A stretch of DNA of 64,000 nucleotides from NCBI GenBank assembly GCA_043228905.1, contig JBHGNT010000014.1, positions 8,928,001 through 8,992,000 on the forward strand, read 5' to 3'. The number at the start of each line of letters is the position of its first letter. Within the stretch, counting starts at the first letter, position 1. Both the position numbers and the translations under genes were made by a program. Source of the DNA: Azolla caroliniana. Lineage: Eukaryota > Plantae > Polypodiophyta. The notes beneath the pieces were generated by a model. The model was not told the DNA's origin and did no database searches. It worked only from the letters and a program-made list of their open reading frames with translations. Shown piece by piece: positions 1 to 12,015 of the stretch.

Positions 1-3000
1 GACATTCGGGAGGATCAGTTGGATCCGTCCCTCTCATCGTTGCAGTCATCCGAAGTAGAATCGGCCTAAACAATCGGTTTCTTGTGATCGGTATTCGGCA
101 TACAATCGGAAGCTAACTGGAGTCACTCCAAGAAGGTTCAGCAAACAAGTATCCAAAACCAAACCGACTCAGGTTCAAGACCGACTAGAATGATATCGGG
201 TGAGCCGACCGGCTGCACCCAACTAAGGTTCCTAGTCAACTCCGAACAGAGTCTTACCAACCGAAACCGAATCAGATGGCATCAACATCCGGCTCATCGG
301 AGATGAGTCTAAGGAGGTTCGACGGTTCGAACTTCAACTTCTGGAAGCAACAAATGCAGGACTATCTCATAGTCAAGGGTCAGATAGACCCGATTGAGAA
401 TGAAATCCTCCAAAAGCATACAAGGAAAACGAGTGGCTAAAGTTGGACAGAATTGTCCGCGCCACGATTCGGATGCATTTGTCGGAGATAGTGTACTTCA
501 CAATGCAATCATGCTCGACAACTTTTGAACTTTGGAAGACACTATCGGAAATTTATGAAAAGAAGGTCGCTGCAATGAAGATGTATCTGATCTGGCGCCT
601 CTACAACTTACGGATGAAAGAATCTGATTCAGTTCAGGCACACCTCAACGAGTACGAAAGCCTAAGCTCCCAAATATCTTCTCAGGGGACGGCAATAGAG
701 GATGAACTCAGAGTAATGATACTCATGAGTAGTCTCCCCTCTTCTTGGGAAACTTTCGTCACAACCGTGTGCAATGCTTCAACAACTGCCATTAAATACT
801 ACGAAATCACGAGCGCAATCCTGACTGAAGCAGTTCGGAGAAAGTCTTTCGCCAAAGACTTGGTAGATGAAGCTTACGTAGTACAAGGTTCGATTGACCG
901 ATCAAACAACCGGGGAAGAAGTTCTTCCCAACCGCCGAACAATCAGCGAAGCTAGAGCAAGTCCTGGGACAACTGAATCTACAACTACTGCAAGAAATAG
1001 GGACACATCAAAGCCGACTATCGGGCACTCAAAGCAAAAACAAACAAAGTTCAGAGAGCGGATCAAAAGAGTAGCCGGCATGAGGAGGTCAATTACGTCG
1101 GCTCTTCAACCGAAATTTTGACGACCAACCCAAACATATTGTCCATAGAGAACCCAGTCGAATCAGAAGTTCTGCTTACGATTGAGGAATCGAGCACATG
1201 GCTCTTGGACTCGGGTGCATCGTTTCATGTGACACCTCACCGATCTCAGTTTCGGCAATACTCGGACCGGCACTCCGACTCAGTTCGAGTAAGGAACTCG
1301 CAACATTGTGCCATAATCGGAATCGGCACCATAGAGCTCAACCTTCCGGGTGCCTCTACACTCGTGCTACCCAACATCTGACACGTTCCTGAGCTTTCAA
1401 GACCCTTGATCTCAGTCGGATAACTTGACGAAGCCGGCATCCATGCTGGGTTCTCATCAGGAGGGTGGACACTCCACAAAGGGAACCTCCTGCTTGCTCG
1501 AGGACCAAAGGTACACTCTTTTTACCCTTTATATGTCACACTCAAAGAGAGTGACTTATTTCTGGTTGATATCCCCGTGTCATCGTTATGGCACGGACGA
1601 CTTGGACACTTCAGCAAGGCTGACATAACACACCTATCCAAAGCCGGTTACATCCCCAAGCTCTCCTTCTCGGATCACCAATTTTGCGAGCATTGCCAGT
1701 ACAGCAAACAGGTAGCCACATCACACCCGACATCAGCACCAAGAGAATCGAGTCCCCTCGATTTGGTCCACTCGGACGTCTGTGGCCCGATACCACATTA
1801 GTCTCTCGGCGGTGCTTCGTACTTTGTCAGTTTTATTGACGACTCGACTTGGAAGGTGTGGGCTTACCCCATTAGAACCAAAGATCGGGTGTTCTCGATC
1901 TTCTCTGAATGTCTTGCAATGGTCGAAAACCAGATCGGTCGGAAACTAAAATGTCTCCGAACCGATAATGGAGGAGAATTCAAGTCTGACAAATTCGTCA
2001 AATTTTGCCGGGAACGCGGCATTCGACGTGAATATACGACACCCTATAGTCCAGAGCAGAACGGAATTGCTGAACGCATGAATCAGACGATTCAAGAACG
2101 CATAGTATCCATGCTCCAACACTCCGGACTATCGAATGGCTTCTGGGCGGAGGCTCTACTTATGGCAGTACACATAATAAATATATCGCCAAGTAGACCT
2201 CTACGACTTATAATCCCTCAAGAAACTTGGACTGGCAGTAAGCCGAATTATGACAAGCTAAGGATCTTCGGCTGCGAGGCGTATGCCCTCATACCGAAAG
2301 ACGGCCGCTAGAAACTCGTACCAAGATCAAGAAAATGCATTTTCCTTGGATATGGACTGGACAGCGAGATCGGATACCGACTCTGGACCCCGAGCACAGA
2401 CAAATCGTCTGAAGTTCGGACGTCATGTTCAACGAGCCGGCTATGCATAAAATGGCCGAAAGGCCTATTGAAGTCCGAAGGGTAATATTTTCCGAAGTGC
2501 GAACCCTTCATGAAGGCCCAACCCACAACACGAGATCGGTTTCATGGGTAACCGACACCTCTCGTCCGGAATCCACCGATTCAGCATAGCCGAATGGCTC
2601 GACTTTCGACCATTCGACACCTATACCCGGTGTGACCAGTCCAGTCATACCTCAAAGATCCGAGAGATTGTCGCAACGTCCAGAAAGGTACTCTCTCTCG
2701 GAATTTTCTTTACCGATGCCGGTGAACCGACATCTTACGAAGAAGCGTCGGCACCTGCCGACTCAGCCACCTGGCATCTGGCGATGGAGTCGGAAATGCA
2801 TTCCATTTGCGCAAGCAAGACTTGGGACTTGGTCGAATTACCGAAGAATCGACGTGCTCTTCCGTGTAAGTGGGTCTATCGACTAAAAGAGACGTCTGAC
2901 TCGACCAACCCAAAGTACAAGGCCATATTAGTTGCGAAGGGATTTTGACAAGAATATGACGTCAACTTCGACGAAATCTTTGCACCGGTGGTGAAAATGA

Positions 3001-4638
3001 CAACCCTTCGTTTCATGCTCGGCGTCATGGCTGCCGAAAACTTGGAGCTGATTCAGCTAGATGTTAAAACGGCATTCCTCCATGGTGACCTACAGGAGGA
3101 AATCTATATGGAACAGCCGAAAGACTTTGTGGCATCCGGCCAAGAACATCTAGTCTGCTGACTCAGGAAGATATTATACGGCCTAAAACAGGCACCCTGA
3201 CAGTGGTACAAGAAGTTCGACGACTTCATCCAGTCAGACAGCTTCTTCAAGAGCGATGAGGACCACTGTCTCTTCACCAAAATAGCTCAAGACGGGTCTC
3301 CCATCTTCCTCATCATTTACGTAGACGATGTGCTACTCTCCCGCCGACATGCCGGAGAGCTCACGGAACTCGTTCGGAAACTGCGGTTGAAGTTTGCCAT
3401 GAAGGACCTCGGTCCGGCAAGACACATGCTTGGTATGAAGATTAGTCGGCATCGCGATAAATGACAACTTTTCTTATCTCAAACCGACTGTACCTCAAAC
3501 GTGTCTTGGAACGCTTCAACATGCACTCGGCCAAGTCTGCTTCGACCCCACTCCCCATTAACCTTCAGTTGTCTCAGTGAGACTGCCCGACATCCGGTCC
3601 GGAGGGGGAAGATATGAAGTCGGTATCGTATGTACCGGCAGTCGGCTCCATTATGTACGCGATGGTCGCCACAAGGCCTGATATCTCTCATGCCGTAGGC
3701 GTCGTCGGCAGATTCACGCACAACCCAGACCGATCGCACTGGAACGCAGTCAAGCATGTGTTCAGATATCTAGTTGGCACAAAAGACCACGGCATTCTTT
3801 TTGGCCTGAACTCAACCTCAAGCGTAGTTGGTTACACCGACTCAAACTTCGCTGGCTGCGTGGATAGTCGGAAATCAGCAACCAGATATTGTTTCAAATT
3901 CGGCAATGGAGCAATGTCGTGGAAATCGAAACTTCGGGAGTGCACATCCACCTCAATGACCGAAGTGGAATATGTAGCTACGTCTGATGCGACAAAAGAA
4001 GCTTTATGGCTCGGTCGGCTGGCGCACACGTTTCAACCAGTCCACCTCGGCTCGGCTCCAGTTGTCTACAGCGATATCGACATTCAATATCACTTTGTTC
4101 GGGACTGCGTCATTTCAAGGAAAATCGGTCTCGAGAAGATATCCACAACCGATAATCTCGCAGATGGAATGACCAAGTGTCTTTCGGCAAATCGCTTCCG
4201 GTTCCTTCGGCACTAGATGGGCGTAATGAAAAATTGGTCCGGTTAAAAAGTCGGACACATAGCACAGGATGGTTCAGACAACCGACATCGGTTCTTTGAG
4301 AATCGGCTTCAGCTTTTCGACCCGACCGGTTCGGTCTTCTGTCTTCATATCTTGCCGACACGAACAAAACCGATATGTCCAATAAACCTTGTATATACCT
4401 GTAATTTAAGATAACCCCCCATGTACACACCCATTACGGGGGAGTGTCGAATACAAGTGTATAATGGCCGTATTCACACAGTCCCTTTGGACATCCCAAG
4501 TTTGGGCTATTTCTGTAAATAGCATAAAGGGCAGTTGCCCTAGGATAGTCACTATATAAAGTGACTTTGTAAGCTTTAGTAAAGGTTGGTTGTCATTTTG
4601 TAACTGTTTCTATTAAGAAATAAAATGTTTCTTTGTGC

Positions 4639-4690
<52 letters not shown>

Positions 4691-4776
4691 ATGTATCTTG
4701 TTTCATTCTCATACACAAGTCCTTCAACATCACAGATGTTGTTTGTTCTTCCGCACTGACGATCTTGTCCCCAACA
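1..4776 (+). mobile_element. Ty1/copia LTR retrotransposon (5' end outside window), decayed gag-PR-INT-RT-RH, PPT and 3' LTR
   Basis: gag from ATG ~276 (RFDGSNFNFWKQQMQDYL), protease WLLDSGASFHVT (~1200), LWHGRLGH, integrase DLVHSDVCGP/RTDNGGEF/EQNGIAER, RT (PCKWVY, QLDVKTAFLHG, YVDD), RNaseH (GYTDSNFAG, STSMTEVEY). Many stops/frameshifts. PPT ACGGGGGAG 4436-4444. Confidence 0.95.
4445..4776 (+). repeat. 3' LTR of copia element, contains (CT)n tract
   Basis: TGTCGA immediately after PPT, ends CCCCAACA. TATA-like TATATAAA ~4553. Right end truncates the ORF of the neighbouring gypsy element (TQAK|CWG). Confidence 0.85.
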
Positions 4777-5241
4777 CTTTGCTTGGGTAGCCAGGAGTTG
4801 TTGCCATTTTGAAGCTGTTTTGGGGGTCGATTTTGTCGGTCTTTCCATCTTCCTTTGTTTCATGGGCTCCACCGGTGGTGCTAACAGAGTGAGCCATTGC
4901 GCCACTGCCATCCACATCTTTTTGCCATCTTTTATTGAGATGATGGTAGCGCTCAAGCCATCGGCGATCATTACCGGCCAATCCACCTGTACTCCCTCGT
5001 AGGTAGCTATGATCAAACCGGCTCTATTCCTGGGCATCGCCGGTGGTCAGGGGTATGCATGACCATACTCATGGAGTACCCGAGCAATTTCCCGAAACAA
5101 TAGGTCTTCACCGCCTTGCGTGCGGTATGCCTTGCTGCCCAGGGAGTATTCACTGAAATACCTCGTCAGCAGCTCCTGTGAAGGGTTGTCGATCGAGTAT
5201 ATTCCCCCTTCCGGTAAGCTGGTCAAGGCTCGGATGGCTTC

Positions 5242-5828
5242 TGTTAGGAAATAGGTCCCTCCGGATGGGAAGTGAGAGGAATCGAATGACGAGTACCCGG
5301 CTACGGAAGACCCGGTAAAAACCGGATGACAAGTACCCGGCAAGAGCTGGATGATGAAGGCCTGGTGAGGAGTGCTCACCGGATGAATGGACATATTCGT
5401 AAATATGTTTTCTGAGAGTCCATCGGGGCTATATTTGTAAATAGCCGAAAAGTCATATTAGTATAAATATGACTTAGGGCAAACTTAGAAAGTGGTTGTC
5501 GTTCTTGTTGGCGCAAGATTAGAGCGCAACAGTGTACAGAGAGTGTGAGAGAGAGGAAGAGGTCGTTGCCTCTGTTGTAACCGCCTCCTGTGGCGAAGAT
5601 AGCAAGCTTGAGGTCGTTGCCTCGGTGCTTTACTATTGTAGATTCTGATATAGTGATAGTTTGCAATCTGTGGGTTACCGTGGTTTTTCCCTAGTTTGGG
5701 TTTTCCACGATAACATCTTGTGTTCTCTCCTCTTCACTGTGTCGTGCATTCATTGCCCGTTTTCTGTGTTTGATTCTAAGCTCAGTTGTGGCCGAGCGTT
5801 GCGCATAGGGAGTGTGTAGTTCCTGACA
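5242..5828 (+). mobile_element. Solo LTR (copia family seen at 31399 and 55045) with 5-bp TSD GCTTC
   Basis: TGTTAGGAA...TTCCTGACA termini. GCTTC at 5237-5241 and 5829-5833. Shares the start motif and the CCGTGGTTTTTCC..GGTTTTCCAC motif with LTRs at 31399 and 55045. Confidence 0.92.
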
Positions 5829-5885
5829 GCTTCCTCATTGATGAACTCTGTGTCGATGTCTTTGACGACATTTTTCGCATCTCCG

Positions 5886-6146
5886 TGCAACGGTGCTTCG
5901 ACTATCCTCAAGAATCCCTCTAGACCATGTTGCTTCAGCCATTTCTTAGCTGCTTTTGAGAGTACCATGCATTCCATGTCGTCATTGTCGTCGGTAGATT
6001 GTGGTAAGATTGTTGCATGCAACGGTGCTTCGACTATCCTCAAGAATCCCTCTAGACCGTGTTGCTTCAGCCATTTCTTAGTTGCTTCTGAGAGTACCAT
6101 GCATTCCATGTCGTCATCGTCGTCGGTAGATTATGGTAAGATTGTT
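5886..6146. repeat. 132-bp (44-codon) tandem duplication in accessory ORF
   Basis: TGCAACGGTGCTTCGACTATCC... at 5886 and 6018; peptide MECMVLS..KKWLKQHGLEGFLRIVEAPLH occurs twice. Confidence 0.9.
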
Positions 6147-9066
6147 ACGCTTGTGTGTTCTGCATGCTCTTGCCTAATCACTCGTAATCGCCTATGTGCG
6201 CTAAGATCTCTGTGTTCATGAAATGAAAGGGACTCTGCATGGCAAAGGTTTGCTTTCTCCATGTGTGACGCCTTTTCTTGATTCCCGCGCATGCATGTCC
6301 TGTACTAATATAGCAGTCGGTTGACACGTGGTGCGTTTTTTAAAGGGCTTTAATTAGCCACCCACCACATCTTTTCAAAGTGCCTATTCGCTCCTCGCCT
6401 CTGCATGATGACCTTTTTTATTTTTTTTACAATTGAGTTTTAGTTAACCAGAAGTATCGGGTCCACAATATGGTTTGAGTCGAAACCCATTGACCCATTT
6501 GCCCATTATCTCACCGGCGAGCGTTCTGAGCCGGTATGAACCATTAAATTCCCGCGTTATCCAATACGGTCTGGTCCACCGGAACCGTAGCTTTCCCGGC
6601 ATCTGACCCATCCAGGTCTGGAACACCAGTACCGGCTTGCCGATCCCGAACCTCTTCTCATTGCCCTTCCGGTGCCGATCCACAAACGCCTTCCTTCGTC
6701 GCTGCTCCAGTTCCAACTACATGAGACTTGCTATCCGATGCTCCTTGAGTTCGCATAATGTGGCTAACCGGATTTTTTGTCTACTCCTTTTCACTTAGTC
6801 GTTCTCTAACCTGTATCCGCAAACTCGAAACCTGAAATTCGATCGGCATCACTACTTCAAGCCCAAATGCTAACCAGAATGGTGTTGACCGGATACTCGT
6901 TTTGTATGTCGTCTGGTATGTCCATAGTGCACTATGCAGCTTGGTGTCCCAATCGGTCCAATTTTCATTGACGATCTTTCACAGGATGTTTTGGAGCGTT
7001 TTGTTTGTGGATTCGGCCAGTCCATTGGCCTGTGGATAATAAGGGGTACTGCGCTTGTGTACCACGACACAGAATGTTGTTAAGCTTTCCACTACTTGAC
7101 CGAGAAAATGTCCGCCTTCATCGCTAATTAACTCGATCGGGCATCCATACCGACACCAGACGTACTCATAGAAGAACTTTGTCGTTGATGCCATAGTGTT
7201 GTCCCGCAAAGCCTTGGCTTCTACCCACTTTGTGCAATAATTGGTGGCGACTATAACATATCTATTGTCGGTTCTCATTGTGGGAGGTTTAAACGGCCCA
7301 ACGAAATCCAGCCCCCATTTCTGAAATGGTTCTAAGGGTAGCACCGGCTGGTGAGGCATCCTTGCCTATTCTGTTGGTTGGCCCATCCGTTGACATAAAT
7401 CACAAACTTTCGCATAGCGAACCGAGTCCTTCAGTGTTGTCGGCCACCATAGCCCATTGTGCCATATCTTTCTTGTTGTAGCGTCCCCGGCATGGTGCCC
7501 TCCGGCAACGCCATAGTGCGCTTCTCGTAATATTGTGTCCTTTTCGTCGCTTTGCACTACTCGCCGCCATATGCCATCCGTGCCTTTGTGGTACAGGGTG
7601 TCCTGTAGTAGACAAAAATGTCGACTTTGTATCGTTAACCGCTTCTGCTCATCCCGGTTCATCTCCTTCGGTGGGAGTCCCGTGCTTAGGAATTGATGCA
7701 TGTTGGTTGGCCACTTGTCTTCGTCAACTACCGTGTTATCAGCTGCCATTTCTGTTGTTACTTTAAACAACTCGGCATCCGGAAACTCATCCGTGACTCC
7801 ATCACCGGTTTCGCCGGAATCTAACCGGCTCAAATAATCGGCAGCCACATGCTATATTCTCGGCCGGTGATATATTTCGAACTCAAACTCTTGTAGCAAC
7901 AATGTCCATCGGGCCAGCTTGCCAATGAGCGATGCCTTTGAGACCAAATATAATAGCGTTGAGTGGTCGACATGAAATGAAAATTTCCTTCCCAATAAAT
8001 AGTGCCTGAACTTGGTAACACTGTAAATCATCCCTAAGGCTTCTCTTTCCATTGTTGAATAATTTCGTTCCGCCTGGGATAGCTTCCAGCTAGCATAGTA
8101 AACCGGTCGGTACCATTTCGGTTCAGTCAGTTGCATTAGTGCGTTGCCGATTGCTATGTCGAACGCATCAACGAACACGTGGAATTCTTTTGACGAGTCC
8201 GGTGCTTGTGATAGTAGTACTTTCAGTGCCCAGTAAGACTCATCCTCCGTATTTGTCCATTGAAACGGTGTCCGGTGAACCGCGGTATGCAACGGTGTAG
8301 CCAGATCAACCAAATAATGGAGCATTCGGCTATGCCACCGGATTTTCCCTAGAAACCGACTCAAAGCTTTGGTCGTGGATGGTGCTGGTGCTTCTAAGAT
8401 TGCTTTGACCTTATCGGGGTCTCCTGGGATCCCTTCCTTGCTGACAAGATGGCCCAGCAATGCACCGCTTGTTACTCCGAACACACACTTTGCTGGATTA
8501 AGGCTTAACCGATAACTCCTGCATTTCTCAAGACATAGCCGGAGGTGTTGGAGATGTTCTCCTTCTCGGCTATACACGGCGAAGTTGTCCAGGAATACCT
8601 GCATGAATGTTGTTGCCGATTAGGAACATGGTCTGCGGTCACTCCTTCGACCTAGACCTCAAAGTGGGTGTAGAACAACGAACAGGTGTTTAAGCGTAAT
8701 GCGTAGGGGAAGAATCCCTGTAACCTATCAATGCATAACCGAGACGGCTACAACCGAATCCCTATCACGGGTTACACTTACGTACTTAAACGCTTAGGTA
8801 TTCAAGACACACATAGTGAATTAGTCGTAACTATACACAGGAAATCAGAGAAGATAGAATTCTATTATCAGGCGTTTCTTTACATTCCCAAAATTACACG
8901 CACCTCCATCAGAGGTTTTCTACCCTTTATATACGCAGGGTCTATTTAGCCGTTCACGCTTCCTACGTGAACCGTTACATGCGTTATGTTCTTATATAAT
9001 TTCTTATTCCTACGCTTTTGTCCGTCGGTTACTCTTCCGGCGGACAACACTTGGCACCCATCTCGT

Positions 9067-11839
9067 TAATCCTCTTCCAAAATGGCCCGGATGTTCGGCT
9101 CTGCTGCGGTGTCCGCATCCGGAGGTGACGTAGGGCCCGTAGGTGCATCGTGCTGTGGCTCCTCTGTTTGGTCGGCTGGTTTCTCTCGGAGTCGCCATCG
9201 CCATGTGTGGGCGGTTCGAGTACGGTGGGCTCTTCTTGAGCTAGTGGGTTGGGCTTCGTCGTCGTCGTGCTTGCAATCGGTTGTGGCTCTGCCTCCATTG
9301 TTACGTCCTTCGTGGTGTCAGCCGTTTTTGTATGTTCCGAGGAGTGGGGCGGAGATTCCGCCTAGTCCGCACCGTTCTCCATGTGGTCTGATGATAGATA
9401 GTGTGGGCTCATGCAGCTAAACCTCTTGTTGTGTAGTGGTTTCGCTGTCTGGTCCTGTGGGGAACTCCGCTCGTCGGTCCCCACTATTCTCCATCGTTGT
9501 CATCTCTGGTGATCGGGCCTGAGGTTCCTCTTCTTCAGTTGTGCCCGGAATTGGCGGCGTGTTGGATTCCTCGTTTGTGCGCGTGTTGCCGGCTTGTGTG
9601 ATTTGGTGAAATAGATCCTCCTGACTTTCACCAAAATCGTCTAAGAGCTGCACGAGTTCTTCGGAGTGTTGGTCTGCTAGCGCACAATAGTCTTGCGTTA
9701 GGTCCTCCCGTACGGCCGCAATGCTCTCCTCATTTAGTTTATAGAACCCTCGACCGTCTTTTCACCGGTTCTCCCAGTCCGCACGATATGCGTGCAATTC
9801 CACTGCTTGGGTTGCCCACGCCATCCATCCTTTGTCCAACGCCATTTTCAATTGTGTCGTGAACCTCTCCCGATTTGTTTGGAGAAGGATCCGCACGTTA
9901 TCTGTGATGGCCTGGCAACGGTTGTGTGCGTTTTCCATCGACTTCTAGAGATTAGCGATTTCCTGTTGTTTAACCGCTGCCTCTTCCTCATACGTGGCCT
10001 TCAGGCCCGCCCACAGCTGTGATTCCTTTGCATGTTGCTCTTCTAATTTCCCCATTTCATTGTTTAGGCGGATTTCGAGCTGATGCCTTCTGTCTTGTTC
10101 GACCACCAACTGCTCATCGAACCATACCTTCTTTTTTTCTAATAAGGCCCAGAGTCCCACTATTGCCGCCTCCGATTTCTTCGCGTCCTCCCGTAATTGG
10201 GCGTTGTCCTCTTTTGTCCGGATGTGTTGAGCTACCTCCGTAGCGAGTTTCTCTTCAAGGGTTTTTACTGCCTTCTGGCCGTTAGCCCGTATCTCCTTTT
10301 CTCTGTCTGAGGATTGGCGTAGTTCTGCTCGAAGGCGGTCAATTTTTTATTCCGCTAGTTGCACGGCCCTTTTTGCTTTTGAGGCGATGGCGGTCTGGGC
10401 CTCGATTTCTTCTTTTAGAGCGTCGATGACGTGGTTCGGTGGCGGGGTTGCGTGTTGCGCCGTAGTCGCGTGAGCTTCCAACTCCGCGATGCGTGCGTTG
10501 GCTTTTTGCAGTTCGGCTTGGGTTAGTTTAACCTTCTTCCAGACATTCTTATTTTTTATGGCCATCTCCTTGGCGCCCGTGCTGACCTTTGCTAGTTCCT
10601 GATGGACTTCGACTAGGGCTGTGTTTAAGGGGGGGTATCTCCATCCCCACTCGGTGTACCCCGGCGTTCCTCTGTCTGCCGACCTTGGCTAGCCGGTCCT
10701 CATCGTCGCTCTCCGTTCTTTGTGTTAGGGCACGCTCGATCATCTGGTGTTCCGCATGCTCTTCGACCATTCGTTGGGCGGCTTTTACCTGTTGCGTTGC
10801 CAGGAACTCCATGAGCTCAAAAGAAGTACCAAACTGCAAGAGGGCACTGAACTCGTGGGCCATGTCCGGAATATCCGGATATGTCAAAACGTCGCTTTCC
10901 GCCGTCAATACGGCTTTCCCTCGTTGGGACTGGGTCGTAATAATCGGTCGTGGCCCCCGGATGACTTCGAAGGTGGTATTGGGTTCCGCTGCTGCGGAGC
11001 CGTCACCTTCGGTCGGTGTCTCTGTTGCCGTGGGGGTGTTTTTTACCAAACCCTGCCCATCTTTCCTGTCCAATCTGCGCCGTTTTGGTATGGGGCTTTC
11101 CCGCCGTGTTTCGGTGTCTGGATCTGGGGCTGCTTCCATGGAACATGTCGGTTGTTTCTCCTGTGTTGTCCGTGTGTCCAGCTGGTCGGAAGGAGGTGTT
11201 GTCCTTGAGTCTGGCTGGGCGGGTTGGGATTCCTCTTCCCACTCAGGGGCCGATAACTCCGCTAACCTGCGTTTCGCGGATTGGGGCGGGGCAATGGGTT
11301 GGCTGGGCTGCGGTGTCGGCAGGCGTCGGGGTGGAAATAGTACCGTAAGGTATTGTTGGATGATCGGCCTGAGCTTTTTGCCTGCTTGGTACGCATGCAA
11401 GCCTTCCCTTAACGTTGGCCCTGTGATGACCCCCCAAGTCCACGGCACGTCCTTCAAAGGTATCGATAATGATGCCCGCCTTCTGCTTAGGCATCCCATA
11501 TGCGTTGACATGTACGCAGCCGACTTCTAGCAGGAACTTGGCAACTTCACGGAAGAAGGGATCCGGAATCTGCTTCATTCTATAGGCCTTGGCTAAGGAG
11601 GAATATGGACCAAAATACCGTTGCAGCGCCTATGCAGGAGGTATTTAGAAATGTCTTTCTCCTAGTGAAGATAGGTCCAACTTCTTCCGGATGGAAGAGT
11701 TGGTGACCGTGTCGATTTTAAGCTTCCTGGCGATGTCCATGGCATCCAGGTGCGGAGGTGCTTCTGCGACCCGGATGTAACCATCCAGGCATTTCTCCAC
11801 GAGCCATCGGTGTAGGGCAGTAGAGTTGAAGATCGGCAT
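9067..11839 (-). pseudogene. Decayed ~900-codon accessory protein: conserved N-terminal domain, Pro/basic linker, long coiled coil, acidic tail
   Basis: Consecutive frameshifted ORF pieces from MPIFNSTALHRW (ATG 11839) through FFREVAKFL..., ELQKANARIAELEA, QEIANL to stop ~9067. Similar to 4777-6150 and 35755-36660. Confidence 0.75.
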
Positions 11840-11997
11840 CGCCAGAGTAGGTTCGTGGGGAGGAGACGGGTGGTTGCGGTGAGTTGGAGCTCTGTGATAG
11901 GATGGGGGAGAAGGTGAGGGGGAGGAGCGATGGGAGCGATGATAGCTAGAAGATGGGTTTCTGCTGTGTGCAGAAAATCTTCTGTTTTCTTCTTTTT

Positions 11998-12015
11998 GTC
12001 CCACCAAGCGTGCCA
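11998..12015 (-). promoter_or_regulatory. Primer binding site, tRNA-Arg type
   Basis: TGGCACGCTTGGTGGGAC 4 nt inside the 5' LTR; resembles the complement of the plant tRNA-Arg(UCU) 3' end (from recall). Confidence 0.8.

Larger units (their letters stand above)
4777..6150 (-). pseudogene. Accessory ORF 3' of integrase in the gypsy element (split by solo LTR, truncated by copia)
   Basis: Removing solo LTR 5242-5828 joins ...DIDTEFINEEA to IRALTSLPEGG...REIARVLHEYGHAYP*PPAMPRNRAGLIIATYEGVQVDW... The peptide is clearly similar to the ORF at 9067-11839. Confidence 0.8.

Noticed and set aside
8731-8949. 72-aa ORF duplicated at 12140-12358
   Set aside because: It lies inside the two LTRs; the duplication simply reflects LTR identity.
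10589-11530. 313-aa plus-strand ORF
   Set aside because: Antisense shadow of the minus-strand accessory ORF.
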